Origin: the human T2T-CHM13v2.0 reference genome, Homo sapiens | Assembly (NCBI RefSeq): GCF_009914755.1 | Contig: NC_060932.1 | DNA: 64,000 bases | Reading direction: 5' to 3' (one strand) | Shown: one piece after another, positions 13,512 to 28,609 of the stretch | How the letters are laid out: each line of letters begins with the position of its first letter | How positions within the stretch are numbered: position 1 is the stretch's first letter | The notes under the pieces: model-generated | Told to the model about the DNA's origin: nothing | The model's database searches: none | Seen by the model: only the letters and a program-made list of their open reading frames with translations | Translations under genes and position numbers: made by a program

Positions 13512-14734
13512 ATCACAGAAGTTGGTAATACAGACTCATATTCAGGAAATTACTAAATTATGTGGATGTATGTTTTTTTTAAACCCACATTGCAAGTCCT
13601 CTGGGAAGGTTTCAATTGAATATTAATCTCAGAATTTCAAAATTTCAGATTTGAAAATAGGAGTCTATATATAAAGTAAAATTATTCTACAGCTCTATTA
13701 GTGGTAGCTCTGGAAACCAACCCTCACTAAAATAAATATCAGTATTTATTTAATGGATTAATGAAGATTTCATCAGAAAATGGGTTGTGGAATAAAAAAA
13801 AATTATTCTCCCAAGGAAAGGCTCTCTATGATAATTTTCTCCTTATCCTCAGGGTAACCATTAACATAAATAGCTGATCCCTTGAGGGCATTTTGTCAGT
13901 TCTAGAAAGTTCTATTTGAGGTCTATTATGCAGTTTAGTTTTTCCTTCAGAATTTATATATAGGATGGTTTTCTGGTCTCTGTCTTTCCATAAGGAAGTA
14001 TGTTTATGTGACGAGAAGGAATGGAGTTGTGAAAGGGCCTATATTATGTTGCATTTTCATAGCAGGTACAATGTTTGTGTTGCTTTTAAGGGGCAGATTG
14101 AAAACTTTAAGATACATGTAAGTGGGAAGAAAAAAAAACTTATACAATTCTCTGGGAGAAACCACAGCTTCTATTTGGCTTCCTTTATAATCCTTATAAT
14201 TTAACATTTCTATCTCTCTAAAGATCAAGGACAGTATGTATGAGCAACTCAGATTGTAAGCAAATTGAAGAGTTTTATTTTCCATGCAAGTTATGTGATT
14301 TTTGTACAACTACGAAGAAATTTGTTCCCAAAACTATTATATTTTCTTCAGGCTGATTTGGTGGGTATGTATGTTATAATACAAAATTTGATAATTTTCT
14401 GTTTTTATTGTAGTACTAGTTTAGTGCTCAGGGAATGCTTTCTCTATTCCCTGTGCCTCCAATTATCTAAATGTTCATTGAGATGAACCTTTTAGTGTCT
14501 GAAACACGTTGTGAGTTTCTTTGAAATCAGCAAACCAGCTTCAGTGCAGTTTAGTGTGTGTTCATTTTAAGACCTAAGAAAGTAAAATTCATATGAGAAA
14601 ATAAAAGAAAGGATGCAGGAAGCCATTACTAAATGAAAGTCTTCTCTTGTTAAGTTTTAAATACAAACATTTAAATAAATATTTTAATGTTTACTGCAAT
14701 ATTTAAATGTGTACAACTGTCACATGTGGGGAAA

Positions 14735-14905
14735 AATATTGGATTTGAATTTGGAGTCAAAAACTTAGGATTTGCATTCGTAGTGTTGCATATTTTCTTT
14801 GTATTTTCTAAATCTTTATGCCTCTGTTTTTTAAAACAATTATCTCTCTACTGCTATCACAGAGACGTTGTGCTGAGCAAAGGAAATAGTTTTTGTAAAA
14901 ATAAA
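14735..14905 (+). mobile_element. MIR SINE remnant
   Basis: tttggagtcaaaaacttaggatttg...tctttatgcctctgtttt...cacagagacgttgtg resembles the MIR core. Confidence 0.5.
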
Positions 14906-17704
14906 AGTATTATAAACTGAAAGCAATTGTATTTTATATTATATTTTAATAATTTAATCACTGAGAATTTATTACCTTTGCTATGCACTATGGATGATAG
15001 AGTGGAGGCAAGACAAGGAAACATTAGTGAAGAAAACTGCAGGTTCTTAAGGGTTAAAATGACTATAAAAACAGTAAGGGGATCGAAGGAAAATAAGAAT
15101 AATGCTAGAGTCTTTGAGTTTATAAAAAAAAATGATAATCTAGCAACTCAGTTGACAGGGATTTGTTGGCGCTAGGTATTTCAAGAAACTTATGAAGATA
15201 AAGAAATAGTTTTTCAACGTGGAAGTCTGAACAATTTCATGAAGATCTGAGGTCTGGATTATATTCTCAACCGTTCAGCAGGATGAACTTGCTCAGTCAC
15301 TGTTGTATTACATCTATTATCTCAGAAAGTGCTCATTTCTGTGTCTCCATTTTTAATTATACACCAGTCTGTCCACATATCTCTAGTTAAAATTCTGGAC
15401 AGAATCAGATTGGCTCAGTTAAAACTACTCTCCCTGTTTGGCAAAGCTTTCTCGCCAAGCAGTGGCCATAGGCTACTGCCAAAATCATAGATTCTTTATC
15501 TTGTGTTGATTGACCATTTCGGATTCAGTCACCTGTTTTATCTGATTAAGAACATGGCCATTACAAGGAAATCCTCTGAGCCATTCCCTAAGTTTAGACT
15601 ATGAGTTTGACAATTTCTTTATATAATGACTATTGTCATAGCAATCACCTTACTTGGCCAGCTTTCGGCTGGTGTGTATAGTCGAGTGGGTTATCTAGAA
15701 AGCAATGAAAGATTGGGACTGGCCTTGCTTGATAGATAAAATCAGAAACTTATAACCTGTGCACCCTTTCATCCTGAGTGGATATCTTGGCCTTCAAGAT
15801 ATGGTTGGTCATAGATGATGTATAATATTATTAAGTAGCTGTCTGATTCTTGAAATATAATTCTAAGAAATACTAGCAATTATGCAATGTTATGATTTCC
15901 CATGTCTAAGAAGATTCATTTGGTAATGAAGTCAATTATATGGTTTATGTTTTTATTCATATATAAGGCTATTTCAAAAGTTGACTGTATTGAAGTACCT
16001 GATCACAGGTTTGCTCATTCTGAACACACATTAAAATTTTACTTTACTTATATTGTAGTTTGTCTTTGACTGTTATAGACCTGGAATCTGCCCAAAGCTT
16101 GCTTTCTGCAAGAGACTTGTCCCTTTCTGATTGCTGCCTGCACCAGCTGGGTTTTCTTCTCACTCCATCATTTCCCAGTAGGCTGTAGCCCTGCCATAGC
16201 ACAGTGCTGAACTTGTGCTTTACTGCATCCTTAGAGCTTGGCTCTCTGCCTTTCCCGTCCTTGCTCATTCTTTTTCTACTGAACTGAATAGTAACTGCTG
16301 ATATTGAACATGCATAATTCCTATCTGAGATTATTATTGTAATATAATAGTGCACCCAGTCAACATGTTATATGTTCAATATAGTTTTTAAAGTTTTTAT
16401 TGAAATTTCAAAGATTTCTTTTCAAAGGCATTTTAAAGTTAGGAATTGAAGGTCAAAATGGTTTTTATTCTGAGCATCAATCTTTTAAAACCCTATTATC
16501 AGCAAGGACTTTTCTAAAAGAATGTATTATATATAAATGTTTCAATCATGGTTCATTTTAAAAAATAAAGATGGAAGGTAACAAATGTTTTATCTGATTG
16601 CCCTTGGAAATATAGAACTGTGTATGAGATTAGAAAATTGTTTCCCTCTCCATTGCAGTTTGATACACTTGTAGTCTCTAAAGGCCTGTTCCTACAAGAT
16701 ATAAACCATTGCTTCAAGGCCATTCAAACAATATTTAGTCTTTCCTAATGAAAACAAAAGAAATACACACAAAGACAGAAACATATTTCAAAATAATGTT
16801 ACAATCGTATTCAGCTTCTGAATTGAATAGCAAGCTGTGTTTATTGTTGACAAAGCTAATATCCCCTACTATCAAAAGCAAAAGCTTGTTCACACTTTCT
16901 TATTCAGTACTCTTGCAACATAAGAACTGAAGCATTTTGATTATTTCCTCTGTAAGTTTTTAATCAGAAGTATTGAGAGGTGAAAATGTTATTAAAATGT
17001 CCTATTATTATTTTGACTCTAAAGTTTAACTTCTAATTGTAAAATTAGAAATGAAACAACACCATGAATGATTACAGAAAACCAACTCTCAAGTTCTTTT
17101 CATATTGTTTGACACTATCATCGGATAATAATATTTTTCTTTCCTGTGTGACATAAGATAGGTATAAATAACATTATTTAAGAGGCAAATTGAATATCAG
17201 TTAGATAGTTTTTATCATTATACATACCAAAGAAGTGTTTTTCATATGCAACAATGTTTAAAAGCAATGTATACACTAAGCAATTGTCTTAAATTAATCC
17301 TTTGACCTGACCAATTGAGTTGTATGCTTCTTACTATGTGTAAGTGACTTGACAAAAATACACAGAAGACCAAGGGCCACATTTTAAATAGAATTCCAGG
17401 TCTGAAAATTCTTTATCACCTGGTTTTTCTACTGATTCCATTGAATTTTACCTCTCCAGCTCAAAATAACACAATAAACATGACTGAAATAAAATTCTGT
17501 TTACTGGTATCTAACAGTTTGGAGTCAAGTGCTTAAAAATTGTTTGATCTATTCAACTGGCATGTCCTCAATGAAAGGGCTTATTTTGGATTAGTGGAAG
17601 CAGATTCTGAGATATGAAAATGACAAGCTGTGCATAAGAATGATGAATACTTCATAAGAAAATTCTAAAATTAAATTGTAAAGTATGTTATGGAAATTTT
17701 CTCA

Positions 17705-18010
17705 TCAGTCATTCATTTATTTAATCTTCCAAATTTACTGGATGTCTTTCATGTGCTAATCACAGTGCTTTTGTGGGTGAAACAAAGAGAGATAAACAAG
17801 AATTCCTTGTCTTAAAAGTTTATAATCTAGTAATCGACATACATATAAATCAATAAAAGCAAAGGAGTTTGGTACATGTCTATATGTTATTATGGTAAAA
17901 AATAAACGTGAAAACAGCTTGGGAATATCCAAGGAACTTTAAAAATAAAACGGCATTTGAGATGAATCTTGAAATATAAGCAGGTGTTTTCATATTGGGT
18001 TAGGGTTATT
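17705..18010 (-). mobile_element. L2 3' end remnant
   Basis: cattcatttattt...atttactgg...catgtgcta...cttaaaagtttataatctag is typical of an antisense L2 tail. Confidence 0.6.
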
Positions 18011-18194
18011 TAAAGCTTTTAGGATGTACTATCTTATTTCAAAGAAATTATAATAGATAATATCCATATTTTGTTAAAAGGTGGCTGTGAGCAAAGGTGA
18101 GAAAGAAAAATGTCATAGTTGCACATTGCTTTAACCTTCAATTTTGAATCCAAAGTATAAATTGCCACAGCAATGGAATTCTCACTGAGAGGGA

Positions 18195-18225
<31 letters not shown>

Positions 18226-19119
18226 GCCTAATAGGATGGCCCTTCCTAGACTATGATGTGATTGCTCCTAAGCCTCTTCTTGGGACACCACTTTTCAACA
18301 AAGTCAGAGAAAACATAGGTATATCTTAAAGCATTGTCTACATAAGCATTTGTTGATTAACTTTGCACTGTAATGCTACAGCGCTCTTCACATGTACTAA
18401 CCAGAAATAGAAGTATTGGAAATAGCCCAATTTCCCCCATAGTTTCTGCCAGAGAATTCGGGTTTATTTTCTCCTAATAACCAGTTAAGGAAGTTAAGGT
18501 CATATTTTTATTAATCAAGGACAGATTTTTGTTTACTTGAAATCAGAATGGTGCTAAATTGTGTCCAGAAAAAAATACAACAGAAAATCTCATTGCCGTT
18601 TGGATTAGAATGGTTTGTAAATATTAGTTAAAATACTTACTCTAAATTCCTATAAATACATCAGAGATGCACTGAAGAGAATGCAAATCTTGTACTAGTA
18701 AGTAAGAGCAACAGCCAGTAAATTTTGAAAATTACTGTTAACCAATTTAATTTTTACTCTTAGACTGATGAGGCTTGGAAAAACTGGATTAGATATATTT
18801 TTATTTAATCTAACAATAATATTTTTAAAAGATATAAGGCATAGAAAAAAGATTAACCATCAGTTCAATTTGTCACTCTTCTAACTCTAACAATGTTGAC
18901 TTCTACTATTCCTTCAGAAGAAAACGTGAGATATTTATATCATTAAAGGATAATGCAGAAAACATTTCTCAATAGGCTTATCTCTGTTGTGTCAAGAGAA
19001 GACATTAAGCTTCCAAAACTTTCTCTGTTTCTGTTTTCCTGTAATTATCAGAGATGCAGTCATTTAATTTTCATTTACCTCAGAAACGGATCTATCATGA
19101 TCTAATCAGAGGGAATTTA

Positions 19120-19460
19120 GAAACATCTGATGAATGTCTCAAATAACAAGGCATTTCAATCTGAAATTTTTCCTGGCCCAAAAAAATATTCTAACCTGTC
19201 CCTAGCTTCTGATTTGCTTCTCATGTAGACTTTTTTCAGTTTAGTTGATGACTCCTCTATTTTTAAAAGTATTTAATTTCAACATATTATAGCCATCCTA
19301 GACTCCTTTCACACATCATCCAAACTGAAAGCAAATTCTTTTGGATCTGCATTAAAATAACCTTAAATATTTCCCCCACCTACTGTGATTTAAGTCACCA
19401 TCCTCTCTTGTAGTAGAATAGTCTAGTAGCCTCCAAACTAGTGTCTCTGATTCTAGTCAT
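19120..19460 (+). mobile_element. L2 remnant
   Basis: catcctagactcc...caagtcaccatc-like...tagcctccaaactagtgtctctg resembles L2a. Confidence 0.55.
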
Positions 19461-22400
19461 AATAGAGTGTCTAAATAGCTGTAAAGCAATATCTAACTAC
19501 ATGTCCTTATAGTAGACTCATTTTACCTTAAAAGATAAACACAGACTGAAATAAATGGGTGGGAAAAGATACTTTATGTAAATGATAACTGAAAGAGAGA
19601 TGGAGTGGCTATAACTATATCAGGAACAATAGATTTTAAGTCAAAAACTGTTACAAGAGACAACAAAAGTCATTATGTCAATTCAACAAGAGGATATAAC
19701 AATTATAAATATATACGTACAAAACATCAGAGCACCTAAATATACAAAGCAAATATTAACAGAACAGAATAAAACATATAATACAAAATGCAATGCAATA
19801 ATAGTGAGGTACATGAATACCTCACTTTTAATAATCAATAAATTATCCAGATGGAAATGCCAATAAGGAAATAGAAGATGTGAACAACACCATAGACCAA
19901 CTTGACCTAACAGACATATATAAAACTGTATATCAAACAGGAGCAGAATATGTATTAATTTCATTTACACATGAAGAAAACCTTAAGATAAATAATGTCA
20001 GGCCACAGAACAAATATTAACAAATTTAGGAAAATTGAAACCATATCAAGTAGCCATTTTGACCACCAAGAGTATGAAGCTACAAATCAATAACAGGAGA
20101 AATTTCAGAAATCTCACAAATATGAGGAAATTAAACAACATATTTCTGACCAATAGGAAAATTAAAAGAGAAATTAAAATATATCTTGAGACATATGAAA
20201 ATAGAAACACAACATACTAAAATTTATGGAATGTAGCAAAAGCAGTGCTAAGATGGAAATTTAGAGTAATAATGCCTATGTAAGAAAAAAGAAACATGTC
20301 AAATAAACAACCTAACTCTATACCACAAAGAATTAGAAAAAGAAAAACAAAGCCCGAATTTAGTGAAAAGAAGGATATAATAAATTTTAAAGCAGAAATA
20401 AATTACATAGACACTAGAAAAACAAAAAAATTATTTACAAAAAACAACTTTGGACACCAATGTCAGTTGATCTTCCTTGGTTGGCAATACTCCATGCATA
20501 TTGTAACACATCGATACTGGGGAAGTAGTGCTGTCCTGATTCCACTGGGAGAGGACAATGGGAAGCTCCGTGTTTGACACACTCCTGGACACTGCTCTAT
20601 GTGTCTTGTCCTTTGGCTAATTTTGATCTGTATCTTTTCCCTGTAATAAATCATAACTATGATATTTTTGAAACACAATACCAACTCTTCTCAAACTTTT
20701 ACAAAAAAAGCTGAAGGAGAGGAAACACTTCCCAATGTATTTTCTGAGGGCAGCATTACCCTGATACCATAGCCAGACAAAAATGCTACAAGAAAAAAAA
20801 AAAATACGGGTCAATATCCCTGTTGAATGTAGATACAAATATCCTTAACAAAATATTGGCAAACTGAATTCAATGCATATTACATTCAATTAAATTCATA
20901 TTAAATTCAATGCATATTACAGGGATCATACACCATGACCGATCAGGATTTATCCCTGGGATGTAAGCACAGTTCAACATATGCAAGTCAATAAATAATA
21001 TACCACATTAAAATAATAAAATTTGAAATAATATAATAATCTCAATAGTCAAAGGAAAAGCATTCACAACACTTCACATACTTTTGTGATAAAAACTTTC
21101 AAACGGAGTTTAGAGATTGATGAAATATACCCTATCACAATAAAAGCTATACATCACAAGTCAACAGCTAACATTGTACTTAGTGGTGAAAGACAAAGCT
21201 ATTTTTCTAAGATCAGGAAAAAAATGAGGATGCCAAGTCTTGCCACTTCCATTCAACATTGTACTGGAAGTCCTAGCCAGGACAATTAGGCAAGAAAAAA
21301 GAATAAAAGGAATCCAAATTAGAAAGGAAGAAGTAAAATTGTCTCTGTTAGCAGATGGTATGATCTTATGTATAGAACACCCTAAGGACCTTTCCAAAAG
21401 AAAAACTATTAGACTTAATAGACAAATTCAGTAAAGTTTCAAGATACAAAACCAACACAAAAATCAGTTGCATTTTAATACCAACTACAAACTATCTGAA
21501 AAAATACAAAACCCATTCTATTTTCAATTGCATCAAAAATATAAAAGATTTAGAAATAAATGTTTTTGAAGAAGTGAAACATCTGTACACTGCAAACTAT
21601 AAAACATTGATAAGATAAATTGAAGGAGCCATAAATAAATGGAAGACATGTTCATGGATTGTTTTTTTGCAAAATAGAAAAGAAATCATATAATTTATAT
21701 GGAACCAAAAATGACTCCAAATAACTAAAGCAATTTTGAGAAAAAGAACACATTTCAAAGCATCACACTTTTACAAAGTTATAGTAATCAAAATAGATCT
21801 ACATCAAAATGGGTGGTACTGGCATAAAAACAGAAAAAAAGGCCAATGGAACAATATAGATCCCAGAAGTAAATCCACATGTTTATGGGCAATTGATCTT
21901 CGACAAGGATGTCATGAACAAACAATAGATGATCTCTCTTCAATAAGCAGTGTTCATTAACTTGGATATCCACATGCAGAAGAATAAAATTGGACCCTTA
22001 TTCCAGAGCATATACAAAAATCAACCCCAAATATTTTAAAGACTTAAATATAATACCTTAAACTGTAGAAGTACTAGAGGAAACATTGAAGAAAAGCTTC
22101 CTGACATTGGATGGGTCAATAATTGTTTGACTATAACCACAAAAGCACAGGCAACAAAAGCAAAAAATGGAAATTGTGAGTTGCATTAAAACAAAGACTC
22201 CTGCATGAGAAAGGAAACAATCAACAGAGTGAAGAGACAACCTTAGGAATGGGAGAAAATATTTGCATACCCTATGTCAGATAAGGGGTTATTATTCAAA
22301 ATGTGTAAGGAACTCAAACACTCAATAGCTAAAAATAAAAATAAAAATTAACCCAATTAAAATAGGCAAAGGACCGGAATAAACAATTCTCCAAATAAGA

Positions 22401-23066
22401 CACACAAATGGGCAACAAGTTAATGAATGGGTGTGCAACAGCACCAATCATCAGGGAAGTGAAAATCAAAATCAAAATGAGCTATCACCTCACACCTGTT
22501 AGAATGGCTACTATAAAAAATAGAAAAGGTGAGCGTTGCCAAGGATATGGAGAAAAGGAAACTCTTGTTCATTTTTGTTGGGAACAGAAGTTGGTGCAGC
22601 CATAAGGAAAACAGTATGAGACATCTTTTAAAAATTATAATTACCATATGATTCAGCAATCTCACTTTTGAACATATATCCAAAGGGAATAAAATAATTG
22701 TGAAATATCTGTACTTCCATGTGTATTGCAGCATTATTAACACTAGCCAAGGTATGTAAACAATGTTAGTGTTCATTGATGAATGAATGCATAAAGAATA
22801 TATAGTATATACATATACAATGAAACATTATTTAACTGTAAAGAAAAAAAGGAAATAAGAAAATTCAGTCATTTGCCACAATATGAATAAGCCTGAAGGA
22901 TATTAGGCTAAATGAAATAAGCCAGACACTGTAAGATAAATACTGCATAATCTCATTTATATATGTAATCTGAAAGTTGAAATTCACAGAAAAAGAACAT
23001 AGGATGACATAGAATGGTTGTTGCCAGAGGCTGGGGGTTGAGGAATATGGAAAAATATTGGTCAAA
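19460..23066 (+). mobile_element. L1MA/L1MB-type LINE (ORF2 endonuclease to 3'UTR), decayed
   Basis: ORF2 remnants [54 protein letters not shown] and [10 protein letters not shown], plus an L1MA-type 3'UTR at 22860-23066. Confidence 0.92.
20445..20665 (+). mobile_element. MER21-like LTR fragment inside the L1
   Basis: ttccttggttggcaatactcc...gagaggacaatgggaagctcc...ctgtaataaatcataac resembles MER21C. Confidence 0.65.
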
Positions 23067-24892
23067 ACTGATCACAGAGGACTATATCAAGTAATGAAAG
23101 AGGAAAGCTTTATATAAAATGATTAGCTACATCACAATAGTAGATAGTCTGAAATTATTGACCAGAGAAGCGATTAAAGTAGTTATGAGGTATGCAAATG
23201 TGAAGTGTCAGGAGAAAGCTGGTGTAAGAAATGCTAGTGCTATGGGAATGGGAGTTAGATGACCTGTGTGATAGTAGTTCAGAAGCATGGTCATGAGAAA
23301 ACTTGAATTGTGTGGCAAGGAAGGAGAGAGAACGGGTTTTGCATGTACACTCAAGACTTTAAGTCATTTTCTGTTGGTTTGTATCTTTTTACTTCATACC
23401 TTGTTTTTACAACTCCTTATGGTTATAACTGCCTAATACCAAAGTAAAAATTTTGAATTGCCAGATTTCTAAGATCTGGAAGAAAATCAGAAAGTAAAAC
23501 TATATTTAAAAAACAAAATTTTAAAAGGTTAAGAGGCATCACTCATTCAAAAAGAACAGATACAAATAAAAATATTAATAGAACCAGATTATTGTTTATT
23601 TACTTAGCATAATCATAAAAGTCTGTACAACTGTCATTCAGGTATATTTTGTGTCATAAATTATTATTGTCCTTACCTATTATCTAGGATTGATACCTTG
23701 AGGGAATTGACCATTTTCAATGTAGATCTGCTTCAGACAAGAGTTCATAGAGGTAGATCTAGTGCGTTAGCTGCTTTAAGATTATCCCAAATAGTGTGGC
23801 AATAAAAAGTTATTTTATATTTTGTTAGGTAAATTACACTTGAAAATTTTCTTTCTTTAATAGAAAGTACTTAATATTCCTTCCCTTCAGGACATGAAGA
23901 ACTCACCCAACAAGATTAATAGGATTTAAGCATTTATCATTAAATTTGGGAACAACCTAAAAACTCTCCCAGATTCACATTCTATCTATTTTGGGAACAA
24001 TAATACAACATCTATAATTTATGTAAAACTTCTATTGCTAGACACTCTCACTCTGCCTCACTCTCTCATGTATCATTAAAATGATACAACTTTGCATGCA
24101 AAAAAGTACTCCTATAAAATTATATAATATCATAAATTCTGGGCCAAAGTTTAATATGGTTTATTTTATTATCATTATAATAGAATATTTAAGGTTAGAA
24201 TAAGTGTCAAAGAGCTAAAATACACTATTTTATTCCTTAGTGTTAAATAATATCTGGTTGTTTGTGATAAAAAGGCAGTTATTATTGTCAGCATAAATAG
24301 CATGGCTAACATTTTTGATACAAAAATCATTAGAATGTGGTACAATTCTTTTTATTAGTAGGATCTGACAAAAACATAGGAGAAAACAATTATGAAGCTG
24401 TAGGCAGAAATTTGACTTACAGTTATCTGACATGGGACCTGAAAAAATTATAACACTTGAAAGTTTTGCTTATTTACCTGGGAAATTAAAAATGTACTTA
24501 AAATTTTAAAATTTATTTAAATTTAAAATATACTTTATTTTAGCACCTGTCATAAACATCAAACTAATCTATGTTATTTAATGTTAACAGATTACATATA
24601 GAGAATTGAAATGTATATAGTGGGAAAATCAGATATTTAAACATACAGTTATATATTTTGCATGAACATAACATTTATAGCATCATACGTGTATATTAAT
24701 TTGAACATGTATTGACTTATGACATATGCATGTGTGGTTGTGTAAGTGCATGTATTTCAGTGTTTTATAGTTTCGGTGTTTTATAAAGGAAATATAAAAT
24801 GTACAGATGTCATGAGGAAAATAAAGTGGTGGGAAAAGGAAGCAAAAAAAAACAAAAAATAAAAAAGATCCTAGTGAGGGAAAGGTTAATTG

Positions 24893-24930
<38 letters not shown>

Positions 24931-25859
24931 CTGAAACAAAGAGAAATGAAGCAAAGGTAACAGCTGCCAGTTTGGTTGAAGGTATACTTTATAGACTGGA
25001 GTGGTCACATTTTAATTAACGGCTATGCCCTGCATTTACTTGAAAGACTGGAAAATTATATATAATGCATTCATCATGCTTTCAGGGAAAATGAAAGTTA
25101 CAAGATACTACAGAGAACACAGTATATTCTGAGGAGCCAGGTAATTTTTCTACAAAGGGTGAAGAGTAGGTTGTGCACCAAAAACTCAAACTTCTGGACA
25201 TGCTGCAAATGACACTGTTTCAATTACCATGAATGTCTGCTTAGTGCAATTTGTCTTTATGTCATTTAACTGTCTAAAGTATGAACCCTTGGCTTTTAAC
25301 TAAAACAATTACATAAGTGTACTAGTGAAAGAACAAGCTGATTAAATGATTTGGATAAAGGAACCAAGCATTAAAAACTAATTCATTGACATTTTTAATT
25401 AATGATAGGAACTATTGGAGCAGTTTGTTTTAATGCTTTCAAGGATATAATTTTGAAAAACCAAACTATAACCAACGTACCACTTTTTAGTGTTATTGAA
25501 CTCTGAAGCAGATTTTTATTAGCCTCTTTTGGAGCTCAAGTTTATTTCATAAACAGAAAAATTTTACTTAGTCATTAGTCATTTTAGCCCTTATATCCAT
25601 ACTTATTATTTAATAGGAGATATATTTAGAGTCTGGGGAAAGAAGAGAAGCTTAAACAAAATTCAGTCAAAGCATTTTGTTCAATTGATGTGTGGAGACA
25701 AAATGATTCAGCTAATCTTATGAACCAAAGAAATGGGAATTTGGAGGGTTTGTATCTAGACTTGTCATAGGTAAAAGAATCAAGTAATTGTCATCAAAAA
25801 TTTTTCCATGAAAAATTAAAAAATTGGAATTGCTATCTATTGTGATAGGGGATATTAGG

Positions 25860-26600
25860 CCTGTTTCTGTGTGGGGTGTCAGGAGTTAACTGGAAGTAAT
25901 TCAAGGGTGTTAAGTTTAAGATTCCACTTAAATTGTCAAGTGGACATATCTAATAGGTAATTTTATATATATATATATATATGAACATACGACTAAAGGA
26001 GAATACTAAAGGACTGATGTATATATTTGGGAGTTTTCATCATGTAGATTCTGTTTAGAATCATAAACTTGAATTAGATCATCAAAAGACCAGCATAGAT
26101 AGATAAAAAAGAGAAGACACCCAAGGTCTTTTTGTTTCAAGAATTCTTAGAGATGAGAGTACTAAAGAAGGAAAATGAGAAGACATGCCCACTGAATTAA
26201 TAGGAAAAACAAAACAAAACAAAACCACAGTTTATGGTGCCCTTGAAGCCAACTAAGGAAAACATTTAATTGAAAGAAGAAGAAATCAACTAGATCAAAT
26301 GTTCCTCATAGGTCATGAAGGATGTGAAATATGAATTGGCAATTGCATTTTGAAACATACAGATGATCAATGACCTTAATAAGTGTGGGGGTAAAAGTAT
26401 TATTGGAGTGGGTTTAAGAAACTATGGAAGAAGATAAATTGGAATTGCATATATAGATGGTTCTTTTGAGGAGTTTTACTATCAGATGAAAGACAGAAAT
26501 AAAGCTGTAGGAAAAGCAAAGTCATGAGAAGTTTTTTTAATATAAAAGAAATGGCAGCATATTTATATGTTGATGGAAAAGATATAATAAGCGAAGAGGG
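25860..26600 (-). mobile_element. L2 LINE remnant
   Basis: atttgggagttttcatcatgtagat (antisense YADD region), tgcccttgaagccaa, gagtgggtttaag. Confidence 0.7.
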
Positions 26601-27389
26601 AAAATTGGTAATCTAAATAGTGTAATTCAAGTGTATGCTGGGAATTTTGTTTTAAACAACTTCATCTAATTAATTCTAACCATCATTGATTTTTATAAAT
26701 TGAATTAGTTTAATATTTTCCCTTACCTCGTAGTTTATACTGTTTATTGTAATTGTCATCCACATAACTATTCCACCATTTTTCCCACTTAAAATAGACA
26801 CGTTGCATTTTAAACAATTAAATTCACTTTAATTAGTCTTCCAGGTTTAGATTTGACAGGAGTGCACAAATTATATATTTCACAGATTCCCAAATTTCCT
26901 CAGTTCTTAGTGTAATTTGCAACAGCATAGATGAAACTGGAGGACATTACGTTAACTGTCTCTATCGATTTTTCACAGTCTCCCTGACCAATGGAAATAT
27001 CTAAGAATTCCCCTTTTAAAGTAACAATGTGCATAGCACATAATATTATTAGTTTGTGTGGTATGCAAAAGCTGGCACTGTGCTTCCCCTAAAAATAGAA
27101 ATATGTCAAGTGTCCCTATAAGTTTACTGAAGGGTTGCAGGACCCTTCAGCACTTGGTTCAGGAACCACAGATCTTCCCTCTTCCATGCTTAGCGTTATA
27201 GATTGAGCACCAACTATATGCCAGTCACTTTTATAAACAAATAAAAAAGCAAAACTTAGTAGAAAGTAAATGATTACTCAAGGAATACAAGTCATTGGGT
27301 GAATAAGGTATGTTTAGAAAATAGGTTTTCTAATGTGCAGGGCCAGTGAAATTTCTGTTCTTCATCAATCAATTCAATTATTCTGACAA

Positions 27390-27741
27390 GTTCATACCAC
27401 CCAAATTCACATGTTGAAATCATAACCCCTGATGTGATGGTATTAGAAAGTAGGGCCTTTGAGAGGGGATTAGGTCATGAAGGTGGGGCCCTCATGAATG
27501 GGATTAGTGCCATAATAAACAGACAACTGGAGAGAGAACTTGCTTTCTCTCTCTACTCTCCACTATGTGAGGATACAAGAAGATAGCTACTTTCAAAGCA
27601 GAGACTAGTTCACCAGACACTGGATCTGCTGGTACCTTATCTTTGACTTCCCAGACTTCAGAAATGTGAAAAATAAATGTTTATTGTTTATGTCACCCAG
27701 TCTGCTGTAATTTATTGTAGCAGCCTGAACTGACTGAGACA
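27390..27741 (+). mobile_element. MLT1A/MSTD-like MaLR solo LTR
   Basis: caaattcacatgttgaaatc...ggattaggtcatgaaggtggggccctcatgaatgggattagtgcc...gcagcctgaactgactgagaca. Confidence 0.85.
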
Positions 27742-28609
27742 CATGGTATCCCCGTGGCTAGGAAATTAAGGCCAATCAAGGTTCATACCATGCAAAACTT
27801 GTTCTCCACAACACGGTCTGTTAATTTGAGACTTGTAATTGCTGAAACCATTTGCTAAAGTGGGAGAAGCCAATCTGAAGAGGAAGCTGATACAGGAGAT
27901 CACAAGCTTAGAGAATTTTAAGCAAACTATGCCAGAGCCTTCAGCAAACTGTACCTAGAAAGTTTAATTATATGAGTCAACATATTCTCTTTATTGTTTA
28001 AATAAGTTTGAATTGAATTTTCTATTTCTTGGAATTAAAATCATCTTAAATTGGTGATGGACAGAAAAGCAAACCGTGATTTACATAGTAGGCACTTACT
28101 AATTATGCAGTGATAGTAATATTTTTTTCATTGTGAACTACTAATTATGCCCTAGATAACCAAATTTATGAACACTTCAGAAAGGATTTTTTTTTCTCTA
28201 CTGTGGATAAAGGGGCGGAGAAAACAAAATCTGTTCTTTGGCTGGCAATAAAACACATGAATAAAAAAGAGAAAATATTATTCTCTAGTTAAGAAAGGAT
28301 TGATTGTTCTAGAAATCAGGAGATACAGATCACGAACCTCACTTTCCCATTCTATTTTATAACACTTCCTTTAGTATATTTTAAAGCGAAAAGTTTAATT
28401 GAAACAATGTCAGTTACATTAAAATTTAACAACCCTTGACATTGACAAGGGTGTGGTTATATATTACCGTTAATTTTCTTTAATAAGACATTGTTTTCAT
28501 CAAATTCTGCTATCTTCTAATATAACCCAGCAACTTATATATGATCTAAGATATAAAGAAAATGGATTGCAAATGTTTACAAATACTTTCAGAGGATTAG
28601 CACTCAAGC

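Noticed and set aside
18202-18225. Orphan poly-A tract as a processed pseudogene tail
   Set aside because: No TSD, polyadenylation signal or recognisable upstream cDNA.
28432-28452. Short inverted repeat acccttg...caagggt
   Set aside because: A stem of only ~7-9 bp is expected by chance.
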